Origin: Eledone cirrhosa
Lineage: Eukaryota
Direction of reading: 5' to 3'
DNA: 64,000 bases
NCBI GenBank assembly: GCA_964016885.1
Contig: OZ024756.1
Location: forward strand, 26,474,001-26,538,000
Shown in pieces: positions 1 to 16,899 of the stretch (the stretch's first letter is position 1; each line of letters starts with the position of its first letter). Below the pieces are notes generated by a model. The model was not told the origin of the DNA. It made no database searches and saw only the letters and a program-made list of their open reading frames with translations. The position numbers and the translations under genes are program-made.

Positions 1-342
1 ACACATATATATACACATATATATACATATATATACATATATATACACATATATATACATATATATACACATATATATACACATATATATACACATATAT
101 ATACACATATATATACACATATATATACACATATATATACACATATATATACACATATATATACACATATATATACACATATATACACATATATATACAC
201 ATATATATACACATATATATACACATATATATACACATATATATACACATATATATACATATATATATACACATATATATACACATATATATACACATAT
301 ATATACACATATATATACACATATATATACACATATATATAC

Positions 343-377
<35 letters not shown>

Positions 378-386
378 CATATATAC

Positions 387-437
<51 letters not shown>

Positions 438-445
438 CATATATA
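1..445. repeat. (TA)n microsatellite with interspersed CA
   Basis: Direct inspection: (at)n-ac units. Confidence 0.98.
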
Positions 446-448
446 GAT

Positions 449-2945
449 AGATTTCTTCCTATCCCAACTAGTGCTCGAACCAACGAGGTGCCACAAAAAC
501 GTCCTAGACTTAATTTTCAGCAATCACACTGACAATATCCACAATATTGCAGTGGAGAAAACTCTACTCTCTGATCATGACATGGTTCTCTGTGATCTGA
601 GATTCCACCGTCCAATATACAAACCCAATGTCATTTCTCCTGTCCATCCGTTTGACGCTATGGATTTCCACAATGCAAACTGGGAAGCGATCAGTCATGA
701 TCTTGCACATGTCGACTGGTCCTTCACGCACACTCATACACCCACTAACATCAAAAAGTCCTGGCAGACATTTGTGGACACTGTTACAAACATATGTGCT
801 AAACACACCCCATTAAGAACTATAAACAAATCTAAGAGCAGAATCCCTAGAAATAGAAAAACGCTCATCAGAAAAATTAAGAGAACGAACAAAAAAATCA
901 ACAATCTGAAATACTGTCAGCAGCAACACATCAACTTGACTGCCATTTCATCACTAGAGATTAAAAAACATAACCTCCAAAACAACATAATGTCCCTCAT
1001 CAACAATCAGAGAAGAGCTGAAGAGGCCTGGGCCATTGAGAAGATCAAACTCAATCCCAAAGTGTTCTTTTCATTTGCAAAAAAACACAAAATCACTGGC
1101 TCTACTGTTGGCCCTCTAATTGATGAAAATGGCACTCTTCAAGACAATGCTAAAACTATGGGTGAGATACTGCAGAAACAATACTGCTCTGTTTTCAGCA
1201 ATCCTGATATGGCCGATCTGGGCTGTATCGGCGATGTTACTCCCCATTACACCTTATCGGACATAACGTTTGGCGCCCCTGATGTCTTGGCGGCAATAAA
1301 GGAAATCAAGCATAATTCAGCAGTAGGTCCCGATAGGTTCCCTGCTTGTGTCTTGAAGGCGTGTCAACACCAACTTGCTTCTCCTCTTGCCAATCTGTGG
1401 CGGAACTCACTGGATGCTGGATATGTGCCAGAAAACCTTCTATCCCAGTCTGTTGTCCCAGTTTTCAAAAAGGGAAACAAATCCCTTGCCGTGAATTACC
1501 GTCCAATCTCACTCACCTCTCATATCATTAAGGTATTTGAGCGAGTGGTGAGATCGCGAATGACCCACTTCCTTGAGAGTAACAATATGCTGAACTCCAA
1601 CCAGCATGGATTCCGTAATGGAAGGGATTGCCTGACGCAACTACTGCATCACTTTGATGACATTTTGAGAGCCTTGGGAGAGGGTTCCAACACTGATGTT
1701 ATCTACCTTGATTTCAGCAAGGCCTTTGACAGGGTTGATCATAACATTCTACTGAGAAAGCTGTCCAATATTGGTGTCACTGGAAAGCTGCTGCAGTGGA
1801 TCAAGAGCTTCCTGTCAAACAGAACCCAACATGTTGTAGTTGAGGGAGTCAAATCAAGCCCAGCCAAAGTCAGTAGTGGAGTCCCACAAGGCACTGTGTT
1901 GGGCCCACTTCTCTTCATCATCTATATTAATGACATCACTGACATCATCAAACACAGCAACATTAAAATTTTCGCTGATGATTCCAAGCTCCAAAAGGTC
2001 ATCAATGGCGTGGATGACCGGATAAGCCTTCAGTCAGACCTACTGGCTGTTACCCAATGGGCAGAAAAGAACAACATGTTACTGAACGAAGACAAATTCG
2101 AACTGATCCACTTTGGAAAAGAGGATGCTCTGAAACTCCCGTACTCCCTTCCCTCCGGGGAAACTCTCGTGGCATCTAACAACATCAGAGACTTGGGAGT
2201 AACCGTGGACAGCAACATAAGCTGGACCACGCATATAAGCAGCAAAGTTGACATGGCCCGCAGAATGTGTTCCTGGATCCTCAGAACCTTCCAGTCGAGA
2301 GATTCCCGCACCATTATCCTTCTCTTCTCTACTTTCGCCCGACCACACCTTGAATACTGTTGTCCACTGTGGTCTCCCCACACGAAACAAAGTATCATGA
2401 AACTTGAAGCTCCTCAAAGGGCAATCACGAAAAAGATAGATGGCATGTCAGACCTTGACTACTGGGGTCGATTGGAAAACCTGAAACTTTACTCACTCCA
2501 ACGTCGCCGTGAGCGTTATATTATCTGCATGATGTGGAAAATGTTCCATCATCACTGCCCAAATGATGTTGGCATCGCCTTCAAGATACACCCAAGGCTT
2601 GGGCCCCGTGCTATCCGTCCCATTCAAAAATCTAAATCGCAACTCATAACAACAATACGGCACAATTATTTCACCTCAATCGGCCCTGCTCTCTTCAACA
2701 TCACACCAGGACACGTCAAAACAGAAACTGACCACACAAAATTCAAGAAGTCTTTGGACAAATTCCTCCAAGTAATCCCGGACAAACCACCCACACCCGG
2801 ATATGTCTCCGCAAACAGTAATTCTCTTCTCGAATGGGCCATGGTGCCCAAATTCTGAATTGAAAGACTTCGCCAGGTGGTGCTATTAAGTTAGACATGG
2901 CCTGGGCCAATACTGGCCAAAACATTTCAAAGTTATTCAAAGTTA
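449..2945 (+). mobile_element. 5'-truncated CR1/L2-group LINE
   Basis: Uninterrupted ORF2 followed by a short 3' UTR ending in tandem tcaaagttat; flanked by TA arrays. Confidence 0.9.
471..2858 (+). CDS. LINE ORF2 reverse transcriptase (end of APE domain, RT, C-terminus); 5' end truncated, start codon not real
   Basis: Motifs [58 protein letters not shown]. Confidence 0.93.
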   Translation: MLEPTRCHKNVLDLIFSNHTDNIHNIAVEKTLLSDHDMVLCDLRFHRPIYKPNVISPVHPFDAMDFHNANWEAISHDLAHVDWSFTHTHTPTNIKKSWQTFVDTVTNICAKHTPLRTINKSKSRIPRNRKTLIRKIKRTNKKINNLKYCQQQHINLTAISSLEIKKHNLQNNIMSLINNQRRAEEAWAIEKIKLNPKVFFSFAKKHKITGSTVGPLIDENGTLQDNAKTMGEILQKQYCSVFSNPDMADLGCIGDVTPHYTLSDITFGAPDVLAAIKEIKHNSAVGPDRFPACVLKACQHQLASPLANLWRNSLDAGYVPENLLSQSVVPVFKKGNKSLAVNYRPISLTSHIIKVFERVVRSRMTHFLESNNMLNSNQHGFRNGRDCLTQLLHHFDDILRALGEGSNTDVIYLDFSKAFDRVDHNILLRKLSNIGVTGKLLQWIKSFLSNRTQHVVVEGVKSSPAKVSSGVPQGTVLGPLLFIIYINDITDIIKHSNIKIFADDSKLQKVINGVDDRISLQSDLLAVTQWAEKNNMLLNEDKFELIHFGKEDALKLPYSLPSGETLVASNNIRDLGVTVDSNISWTTHISSKVDMARRMCSWILRTFQSRDSRTIILLFSTFARPHLEYCCPLWSPHTKQSIMKLEAPQRAITKKIDGMSDLDYWGRLENLKLYSLQRRRERYIICMMWKMFHHHCPNDVGIAFKIHPRLGPRAIRPIQKSKSQLITTIRHNYFTSIGPALFNITPGHVKTETDHTKFKKSLDKFLQVIPDKPPTPGYVSANSNSLLEWAMVPKF

Positions 2946-4247
<1,302 letters not shown>

Positions 4248-6240
4248 CCCTATAGAGGGACCAGCAGTACAAGTCAGCGGCAGCGTAGTAAGTAAGGCAA
4301 TCAGAGATATGAAGATAGGGAAGGCAACCGGTCCATCGGGTATAGCTGCCGAGATGCTGAAGGCATCTGGGTCTGTAGGTCACACTATAACCACACGTAT
4401 CGTTAACCAGGTAATACTAGAGGGGGCCATACCAAAAGATTGGTGCAGTAGCATCATTGTCAACTGCTACAAAGGTAAAGGCGATGCACTAGATAGAGGA
4501 AACTATAGAGGTATAAAGTTGATGGACCAGGTCATGAAAGTAACAGAAAGAGTTATAGCACAGCTGATTAGGGACCGGGTGAATATAGACGAGATGCAAT
4601 TTGGGTTTGTTCCAGGGAAAGGCACCACTGATGCGCTCTTCCTTGTGAGGCAATTACAGGAAAAGTACCTAGCTAAAAGTAAGCCACTCTACTTGGCATT
4701 TGTCGACCTTGAGAAAGCCTTTGACAGAGTTCCACGTGCAGTAATCTGGTGGGCTCTTAGAAAACTAGGAGTAGATGAATGGCTTGTGAAAGCGGTACAA
4801 GCCATGTATAGGGGAGCAGTCAGCAAAGTTAGGATTGGCAATGAGTATAGCGAGGAATTTAGCGTACAGGTTGGGGTCCACCAGGGCTCTGTTCTTAGCC
4901 CTCTCCTGTTCATCATAGTCCTGCAGGCAATAACGGAGGAGTTTAAGACCGGATGCCCATGGGAACTCCTGTATGCTGATGACCTCGCACTCATAGCTGA
5001 ATCTATGGTAGAACTAGAGAATAAATTCCAAACCTGGAAGCAGGGACTAGAGAGAAAGGGCCTCAAAGTCAACATGACAAAGACTAAGGTCCTTATAAGT
5101 AGACGAGAAAACAGAACCCAGATCCCCTCAGGGAAATGGCCTTGCTCAGTATGTAGGAAAGGTGTAGGTAGGAACTCCATTCTTTGCCCCAAATGCAAAC
5201 AATGGGTACACAAGAGATGTAGCGGGATCTCAGGAAGCTTAATTAAGAATGTAGGATTCACATGCAGCAGCTGTGCTGAAACAGCAAGCAAACAGCCACA
5301 GGAAACAAGTACCACCAATCTCTGGGAGGGCCCTGTAGAAACAGTAGACAGCTTCTGCTACCTAGGTGACCGAATTAGCAACGGAGGTGGGTGCTCAGAA
5401 AGTACAATAACTAGGGTAAGAACGGGATGGAAGAAGTTTAGGGAACTACTACCACTGCTAGCTGCAAAAGGCTTCTCCCTCAGAATGAAAGGCAGACTGT
5501 ATGATGCGTGTATCCGAACAGCGATGTTGCATGGTAGTGAGACCTGGGCGCTGAAGGTGGAAGACTTACGTAGATTAGAGAGAAACGAAGCCTGCATGCT
5601 CCGATGGATGTGTAACAGTAATATACGTGAACGACAAAGCATAAATGAATTGAGAGAGAGACTGAGCATAAGAGGAATCAAATGCTGCGTGCAGGAGAGG
5701 CGGTTACGCTGGTATGGACATGTGATGCGTATGAAGGATGACAGCTGCATAAAAAGGTGCAGAGCACTAGAAGTTGATGGAAACCGCGGAGTGGGGAGAC
5801 CCAAGATGACTTGGGATGAGGTGATAAAAGCCGACCTTACCCAACTACACCTCTCAAAGTCAATGACACACGACCGTGACTTCTGGCGTCACGCAGTAAT
5901 ACAGGGTACCCGACCTCCCATGGGTACATGCTGAAGCATATAAACAATATGCCCCCCCCCCCCCCCACCGCAAGGTGGTCGTGGAGGTGCCACGGCAAAA
6001 AAGCACCCAGCCCACACTGTAAAGTGGACGTGTAGGCGCCACGAAAAAGCACCCAGCACTCACTGTAAATGAGGTTGGTGTTAGGAAGGGCATCCAGCTG
6101 TAGAAATCAAGCCAGATCAGTTCCTGTATGAGCAAGGCATGGTCAGCCGACCAGACACTGCCCACAACAGGACAACCCGTCTAACCCATGCTAGCGTGGA
6201 AGAACGGACGTAAAACGGTGATGATGATGATGATGATGAT
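4248..6240 (+). mobile_element. 5'-truncated RTE-clade LINE with (GAT)n tail
   Basis: RT ORF, 3' UTR with two copies of a ~49-bp unit, end cggacgtaaaacgg(tga)n. Confidence 0.92.
4309..5934 (+). CDS. RTE reverse transcriptase with inserted PHD-like C4HC3 finger (5'-truncated)
   Basis: [62 protein letters not shown]. Confidence 0.93.
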   Translation: MKIGKATGPSGIAAEMLKASGSVGHTITTRIVNQVILEGAIPKDWCSSIIVNCYKGKGDALDRGNYRGIKLMDQVMKVTERVIAQLIRDRVNIDEMQFGFVPGKGTTDALFLVRQLQEKYLAKSKPLYLAFVDLEKAFDRVPRAVIWWALRKLGVDEWLVKAVQAMYRGAVSKVRIGNEYSEEFSVQVGVHQGSVLSPLLFIIVLQAITEEFKTGCPWELLYADDLALIAESMVELENKFQTWKQGLERKGLKVNMTKTKVLISRRENRTQIPSGKWPCSVCRKGVGRNSILCPKCKQWVHKRCSGISGSLIKNVGFTCSSCAETASKQPQETSTTNLWEGPVETVDSFCYLGDRISNGGGCSESTITRVRTGWKKFRELLPLLAAKGFSLRMKGRLYDACIRTAMLHGSETWALKVEDLRRLERNEACMLRWMCNSNIRERQSINELRERLSIRGIKCCVQERRLRWYGHVMRMKDDSCIKRCRALEVDGNRGVGRPKMTWDEVIKADLTQLHLSKSMTHDRDFWRHAVIQGTRPPMGTC

Positions 6241-6814
6241 ACATATATATATATACATATATATATATACATATATATATATACATACATATATATATAC
6301 ATATATATACATACATATATATATACATATATATATACATATATATATACATATATATACATATATATATACATATATATATACATATATATATACATAT
6401 ATATACATATATATATACATATATATACATATATATATACATATACATATATACACATATATATATATACATATACACATATATATATATACACATATAT
6501 ATATATACACATATATATATATACACATATATATATATACATATATATATACATATATACATATACATACATATATACATATATATATACATATATATAT
6601 ATACATATATATATATACATATATATATATACATATATATATATACATATATATATATACATATATACATATACATATATATATATACATATATACATAT
6701 ACATATATATATATACATATATATATATACATATATATATATACATATATACATATATATATATATATACATATATACATATATACATATATATATATAT
6801 ACATATATATATAC

Positions 6815-6846
<32 letters not shown>

Positions 6847-6853
6847 ATATATA
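6241..6853. repeat. (TA)n/CA microsatellite
   Basis: Direct inspection. Confidence 0.98.
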
Positions 6854-7279
6854 CGGACCCCCCCCCCATAAAAAAAAAAATATATATATATACAGATACA
6901 TATATAGTCTATAGTTAGATTTTAAAATAGTTTACATAATTAATAGATATTTCTCTATATATAGTTTTAATTCTCACCTCCACTTATTCTTTTTAAATTA
7001 AATGTTATATATATATAAAAAACAATAAAATAATAAGATAAGTATTATTTTATGACATCCCTAAACTACTTCTTTGGTTTATGCTGTGGCCTTTTTACTC
7101 TGGTCAGCTCCCCATAAAATAATTGGTTAGGCAGCCTTCTATCTTTCAACTTGACCACATGACCAGCTCTACACATCTAGTTTATAATTATCCTCTTCAC
7201 AATACTGGTGCATACATATATATATATATATATTTATATACACACACATACATATATATATATACATACATATATAAAT

Positions 7280-7307
<28 letters not shown>

Positions 7308-7312
<5 letters not shown>

Positions 7313-7859
7313 GTTATATTTGGGGAGGGTCATATTTGCGTAATATTGCCAGAATTAATAACAGAACACACTCACTGTTTGGTTGGTTTTCGCTTCTCGC
7401 TGTCTTTTATATATATATATCTGCGATCTAACTTACTCGGTCCTCAATGTTGCCATTGACTGACCGGCGGTCAAAAATAATACAGATACAATATAGACAA
7501 ACACATATATATATAGTTTACATAATTTTCATAAATCTTTCGTTGCACATCTGCAACATCGTCAGTGGTGTTATATTCATTGTTCCTCCTGTTGTGTTGT
7601 ATGTCTACGCCATATATATGTGTTTGTCTATATTGTATCTGTATTATTTTTGACCGCCGGTCAGTCAATGGCAACATTGAGGACCGAGTAAGTTAGATCG
7701 CAGATATATATATATAAAAGACAGCGAGAAGCGAAAACCAACCAAACAGTGAGTGTGTTCTGTTATTAATTCTGGCAATATTACGCAAATATGACCCTCC
7801 CCAAATATAACAATATCTGTTTCGACACACGATTTCATATAAAGAACCTCGCAAAACTA
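7308..7859 (+). mobile_element. Fold-back Penelope-like pLTR remnant (arms ~7308-7512 and 7612-7816, tail 7817-7859)
   Basis: ~205-bp inverted repeat; near-identical to the 3' region of the GIY-YIG element at 52692-53020. Confidence 0.88.
7529..7568 (-). ncRNA. Minimal type I hammerhead-like motif
   Basis: Minus strand: cca CUGACGA u GUUGCA gaug UGCAAC GAAA gauu UA uga; stem I weak. Confidence 0.65.
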
Positions 7860-7881
7860 TATATATATATATATATATATA

Positions 7882-8220
7882 TTCTGAAAAAAGCTTTTGA
7901 CGAGGTTCCCCACTCTATAATTTAATAAGCTCTTAGGAAACTAGGGGTAAAGGAATGGTGTGTAAGCATGATGTAGGCCCTGAACAGAGGTCAGTAAGGT
8001 TAGAGTCAACAATGAATATAGTGATGAGTTTAGTGTGCAGATGGAGGTCAACCAGGGCTGTCCTTAGCACCCTCATTGTTTTTCAGACCATAACAGGAGT
8101 TTAAAACTGGCTACCCATGGGAACTCCTATATGCCGAATATCTAATCCTCAAAGCTGAAACTGTGGCAGAACTAGAAAAGAAATTCCAGACAAGGAAGCA
8201 AAACCTGGAATCAAAAGGCA
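7882..8220 (+). pseudogene. Decayed RTE RT fragment
   Basis: Similar to 4710-5060 (EKAFD, LRKLGV, QGCP/QGSV, PWELLYA) with frameshifts. Confidence 0.8.
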
Positions 8221-8275
8221 AAAATTGAAATCCTAATAGTATAAAGGACACAACAGAGAAGACAAAAATACTCAC

Positions 8276-8430
8276 CCCTTCCCCCATTCAGCATATTTAG
8301 CATCTTTCTCAGCCTTCTTCTTCTGTTCCTCCTCCTTCTTAGCTAGCTCCTGCTTCATGTCACGTCTTCGTCCCGTTGTTCGATCCCGGATTACAGTCTC
8401 CGCATCTTTCCCTGACACAGTTGTGTCCAT
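8276..8430 (-). CDS. BUD13: BUD13 homolog (RES complex), coding exon 3; gene continues beyond window start
   Basis: ctag|ATG...GG|gtgagt; MDTTVSGKDAETVIRDRTTGRRRD...YAEWGKG matches the conserved AETVxRD...WGKG Bud13 segment. Confidence 0.92.
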
Positions 8431-8530
8431 CTAGGAGAGCAGCAATGAGTAGAATTACACACACAAATGTATGTAAGTATATAAATGTCTGTGTATACAT
8501 ATATATATATATATATGGGAGTTTTTCTTT

Positions 8531-8564
<34 letters not shown>

Positions 8565-9168
8565 CTAGCCGAATTACCCACGCCTTGCTGCGTTTCACAT
8601 ATTTTTTTTGTAAGAAAATGATGATTGATTTTAAATCAGTGATATAATTTGTGGAGAAAAACTCTGCATTTCAATATTACTCAATGTAAAATGTAATGCA
8701 TGAAAAATTGGAAAACATTATTTGTAATATATCAAATCAAAATTACATTATTAAATCTTATTCTTATTTTGTTTCTTGTAAATAATTTTTTTTCAAAATA
8801 TTAATTCAAAACTTGATCATTTCAGTTTTCTGTAAAGCATTATTTTATTTAGGCTTCCAAAATGTTCACTATAGGGGGTTTAACCCCCTTTAGGGTGTCT
8901 TAATATTATTGAAATTTGCTGAAATTTTGTGAATAGGCATCATATGTCATTTTCCTATGGCTTAAATTTCATATAAATCGAAGGGAAAAAATTTTCAGCA
9001 GGGGTTTGTGCCCCCAGGAACCCTTTGATTAAAATGACATATACTTATCCAAGTACCCTGGGCAATGTAGTTTCAGAATATATATGGTTATGGGATCTAT
9101 CTCCAAAACTATAAGAGTTTGTGAACAAACAAACAAACAGACAGGAACTACAACTTTATATATATAGT
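8565..9168 (-). mobile_element. Non-autonomous Helitron-like element
   Basis: Minus strand begins ctatatatataaa followed by (ctgt/ttgt)n and ends acgc-agcaag-gcgt hairpin, ~10 nt, CTAG|T. Confidence 0.6.
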
Positions 9169-9744
9169 TATGTGTGTGTGTGTGTGTGTGTGTGTGTATC
9201 AAAATAGCTGTGTGTATCATATAGACATGCTTTTCCCCCCTGCAAAAAAGTTATTTTCATTTCTTCCTCATCTTACCCTACTTTCTATCTCTCATTTTAT
9301 CTGCCAATGAAGGACTAACCCCCAAAACATTAAGAATATTTCCCACTATATCAAGCATTATAGTAACTAACACATCATTGTATTGTATTGTTTTCTTGTG
9401 TTGTGTTTCCTCGTTGACTTTCACTAATCTTCTACGACCTTCCCCCTCCTTTTGTTTCTGTCTCCTTTTCCTTTCCCTTCTTTTTGTTCTCTTTGTTTCC
9501 ATTTCCTTCCTGACCCACCATGTCCAACCAAAATACCCTCCTCCACCACCTCCACTCCAGCTTAAAACTCTTCCTCCAATTTCCATTTTTTTCCAGGTAA
9601 CAAAAGCTATCAACTGCTTCTAGAAAACCCTCCAAGCATTTATATATAAATATAAATTTTAACAATTAGACAGATAAAGCTCCCCATCTTGAAATTTGCT
9701 TACAACCCCATTTCATATGATACAGAATCAAAAGAGAGTCATAC

Positions 9745-11164
9745 CTGCTGAAATAATCTGTCTTCTTTCTGTCGTAGTTGACGGATTTCTTTCCTTGTCT
9801 CTGCAGCTGAAGACAGCCCAGCCCTAACTCCTCCTAAAGTTTTCTGAGGCCTTCCCTTTCCATCATTGCTGTGAGGTGACACTGAGGAGCTGTGGCGGTG
9901 TCCATGACGAGGAGGAGAGAGATCAGAGTCATCGTTGTCGTGGGACCGTTGTGTTACATGCCAGTCCTTAACGTGGGAACTGGAGGAGTGGTTATATCGT
10001 GATGGCGGTGTCAATTGACCAGACCTAGAACCTTTCTTTCGTTGTGGAGATGATGTGGAATCTCTGTGAGATGACCGTACAGGCGAGAGATCAGAATCTG
10101 AATCAATAGCCTTCTTCTTACGATGAGACGCATTATCAGAATCCACTTGGCGTTTTGGTGAAGTGTGGCCTGAATTAGCGAGGTGTTTATATCTGAAGCT
10201 GGTGTACTGTCTTCGACGAGGGGCTGGTTGGTCAGAATCAGATGTTGATAAGTCGGAATCTGAGTCATGCTTGCGTTGTCTTAAAACTGATTGGTCAGAA
10301 TCAGAATCGTGTCGGCTACGTCTTGGCACTGATTGGTCAGAATCGGAGTCGTGTCGGCTACGTCTTGGCCTCGATTGGTCAGAATCTGAATCATGTCTGT
10401 TATGTCTTGGCCTTAATTGGTCAGAATCTGAGCCATGTCTGTTATGTCTTGGCTTAGATTGGTCAGAATCTGAGCCATGTCTGCCACGTCTTGGCTTTGG
10501 TTGGTCAGAATCGGACTTGTGCCTGCCATATCTCTGCACCGATTGGTCAGAATCAGAGTCATGTCTACCATGACTTGGCACAGACTGATCAGAGTCGGAC
10601 CGATTCAATGATGACTGTACTTTATTCTTGGATGGCTGGTCAGAATCACTAGCTGACTCTTTGTTAGGAGATTTATCAGAAGCTAGATTATGCCTGAGCC
10701 TTCTACTTGGGGACTTTTCAGAACCAGTGTCTTTTTGAGCCCCTGAACTGTCACTATGGTCAGAATCTGTATCATTTTGGTCACTTAAATGGCCTTTGTC
10801 CGAACTGTGGTGTTGTTTCTTCCTGATGATTGGATGCTTCTTCTTCAAAGATGTATCAGAATCTGAGTCAGTTGATGTATCACTGTTTGGAGAGCCCTGC
10901 TGGCTGCTGTTACTGTCATCATCGTTGTCATCTATCTCCCCTTCAGACTTGTCTGAGATGATCTCACCATCTTCAGCTTTGTTTACAACTGTTTTCCATC
11001 GATTGGCGTCTTGGAACTGTTCCAGCTGCTGGACAAGTATCGGACGTTCATCAATGAAGTCAGCAATTGTTGGAAGATTTTCCTGTAAATTGTCGTCCAA
11101 GTTGTTCCCAGTATTGTCAGGCATTAGGGTCTTTAGGTCAACATCATCATCAAATATCCGTGGT
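9745..11164 (-). CDS. BUD13: BUD13 coding exon 2 (1420 nt; Ser/Asp/Arg-rich with 14-aa repeats)
   Basis: ttgcag acceptor, cag|gtatg donor; RIFDDD, RHDSDSD repeats, DSDLSPPR, KTLGGVRAGL; phases fit both neighbouring exons. Confidence 0.92.
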
Positions 11165-11289
11165 CTGCAACATGGAAAAGAAAACATTTTTGTAATGAAA
11201 TGTCTAGAAAAACATTTACAATAAAACTTAACAACCTCCCATCTGTAACAATGGAGCTAAAGGCAAGGCACTTCCCCCTGGAGCAGATA

Positions 11290-11447
11290 CAAACTATGCA
11301 GTGTAGAAATGCCTAAACAGACTAAGATCTGGTGTTGGACATGCAAAAGTCAATCTTGCAAAATGGGGATATTTAAAGGATGGGGACATTATGTGTGACT
11401 GTGGCATCGAAGCACAGACTATGCAGCACCTCCTAATATGCCCCCAC
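11290..11447 (+). pseudogene. C-terminal fragment of an Ingi/Vingi-like LINE (CCHC knuckle)
   Basis: Translates LNRLRSGVGHAKVNLAKWGYLKDGDIMCDCGIEAQTMQHLLICP. Confidence 0.65.
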
Positions 11448-11752
11448 CGATGCACTGAACGAGTGTGACTTCTTAGTCCAGCCACCAACTTGAAAACTCT
11501 GGTACAAACACTACACTTGTGACAATTATTGACACATAGTGCTGGGCCCATGGTACCATGTGACGACAAGTGCAGAGAGATCTCCAGATATAAAGCAATG
11601 CCTGTGCCGTGAAGCTTTTATGGTGAGCAAAGGCACTGCACAAAGCCAGTCCCACTCTCTTAACCAAGATGATATTTACCAAAAAGAAGAACAAGTCAAC
11701 ATCATTGGATACCATCAGAGTTGCAGGTGTTATATCAGAGTTTTCCTTCTCC

Positions 11753-14942
<3,190 letters not shown>

Positions 14943-15289
14943 AAGGAGAGTTTCTCGTTATATAGTAGGAAAAGAAAACAGGAAAATACGATCCACATCT
15001 TAAAAAACAAAAGACAAAGGCTATGTGAAGGAAAAGAATGGCAATGTTTCCTGTAACTCTATAGTGTATATTTTACTAACTACTCTAATATAGACTCGTT
15101 GCTGCTCCACTATCCTTCATATACTGCCAATAAATGGAACCGATTCTAAACAAAGAATCTATATAAAACACACGTGTATGTTTCACATTTATAACGACCA
15201 AACATAGGAATGTCACTAGCTCATGGTTTAACTAACAAAAAATAAAAACGAAATATTACAAGACTTCTTATTTAAATGAGATAGATAAA

Positions 15290-15800
15290 TTTTATTATAA
15301 ATAACATTATAAATTGTTTATAATTCTTACAGAATGAACATATAAACACATAATTGTTTCTACATTTGGCACAAGGCAAATACAATTAATTATTGCTAGG
15401 AACCTCACAAATATAATACATAAAAATATATGATGAAAACGAGAGAAAGAGAAAAGGAAAGAAAAACCCAACTAACAAAAACAACCATCAATCTACCACC
15501 AAGTGCGACTATCTATCGCAACGGAAATTTTGAGGCAAGCCAACACGCTCGCAGCATTACCTCGGGTGATGGCGAGGCTAAGATGCTGAAGCAACCAGGC
15601 ACCCTCACGGACATCATTTGACACCTCGTTAAGGCGAGCCTTCAACGATGAAAAGAACTTCGCTGTCAGCGGCCCAGCTCCACCAAACGTCTCGAACGCC
15701 ACTGGCTGCAATAAATAGTTATTTGATAGTTCCCCGTATTATAGGTTTTTATTCCGTTCGGCAACGGAAGCAGTGTCTCTACCATTTACTGCGGCTTCCT
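15290..15800 (-). mobile_element. 3' fragment of CRE-like (restriction-like endonuclease) non-LTR element
   Basis: PVAFETFGG...AWLLQHLSLAITRGNAASVLACL; paralogous to 17620-18100. Confidence 0.7.
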
Positions 15801-15849
15801 TATTAAAGTGAATATACAGAAATTGTTAAAGAATCGTGCGAGGCTTTAC

Positions 15850-15947
15850 CTGGGACCCTTTTTAATCTTCTTCCTTTTCTTTTTCTTGTCAGAATCATCC
15901 GATATGTAACGTTTGAGGTATTCAGCTTTACTCACAGACGCCATCAT
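15850..15947 (-). CDS. BUD13: BUD13 coding exon 1
   Basis: MMASVSKAEYLKRYISDDSDKKKKRKK matches the BUD13 N-terminal SKAEYLKRY motif; AG|gtaaag donor, phase 2. Confidence 0.93.
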
Positions 15948-16099
15948 TAATATGTTAGAACTCTCCTTATTTAACCGCTCATTGCCACGATTGATCAGAT
16001 TTACCTCCCTTCTTGAATATCCCCACCACCTCCTTGCATCACTTCAACTTACCCCCCCCCCCCCTCTTTCTCTCTGACTCTTGTGTCACTGTTGTACCT

Positions 16100-16335
16100 A
16101 GATGGCGACCCTAACCATCAACATCATCATCATGACCTTCATCACCATCATCATTATTATCATCATCCTCATCATCATCATCACCATCATCATCGTTACT
16201 ACCACCATCATCAATATCATCATTCTCATCAATATCACCCTCATCATTATCATCATCATCATCATCAATATCATCATCATCATCAATATCATCAATACCA
16301 TCATCACCATTACCATCATCATCATCACCAGCATC
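16100..16335. repeat. Imperfect (CAT)n trinucleotide repeat
   Basis: Direct inspection. Confidence 0.95.
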
Positions 16336-16536
16336 AAGAACCATCGATGGAGCTTCTACGCTTGGGGTTTGGTACCTTTATTTTAGTACCAGGGGTTGGG
16401 TGGGTGGTGAATTTCCAGTATATAATAGAACCTATACTGTCATATCTGTGCCGAGAAAATCAAATGAATCTTTCATTTTATAAATACATGAATCTGCACG
16501 CAATCACACTCAGTAACATTAATTAAACATGATAAA

Positions 16537-16725
16537 GGGCGGTGGATTGGCAGTATCGGTAGAGGGTTTGACGCCATGCTTTCCAGCATAGTTACGTCCC
16601 TTTATGATCTGAGTTCAAATCCCGCCGAGGTTGACTTTGCCTTTCATCCTTACGGGGTCGATAAAATAAAGTACCAGTAATGCACTGGGTAATTGCTGGC
16701 CTTGTGCCTAAAGTAGAAACAATTA
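16537..16725 (+). mobile_element. tRNA-derived SINE with Meta/MESC-like central domain (family S1)
   Basis: A box tggcagtatcgg, B box gagttcaaatcc, gcctttcatccttacggggtcgataaaat; copies at 23116-23295, 49087-49270, 57438-57620 (+), 31438-31570 (-); older copies at 22290-22432 and 39760-39905. Confidence 0.85.
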
Positions 16726-16899
16726 ATTAAACATGATAATTATATCACCTTAAATAACTAGACATGTTTTAATTTATGATGGCTAACCTTCAGCAATTAT
16801 TGAAGAACATTGAGGCAATCGAGCCCCATCAAGGTTTTTTTTTATATTCAGGAATTACTTATCGATTCCTAAGCTACTATATATGCTCAGGGTTAACCC

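Noticed and set aside
6900-8270. Further BUD13 exons
   Set aside because: The expected downstream Bud13-domain sequence was not found; the remaining exons probably lie before position 1.
11445-11550. C2H2 finger CSVCTRVFKLVAGLRSHTRSVH on the minus strand as a host gene exon
   Set aside because: An isolated single finger next to a LINE relic, without clear splice sites; more likely an RTE-type C-terminal fragment.
16083-16526. His-rich or Asp-rich ORFs
   Set aside because: Product of the (CAT)n repeat; no splice or homology support.
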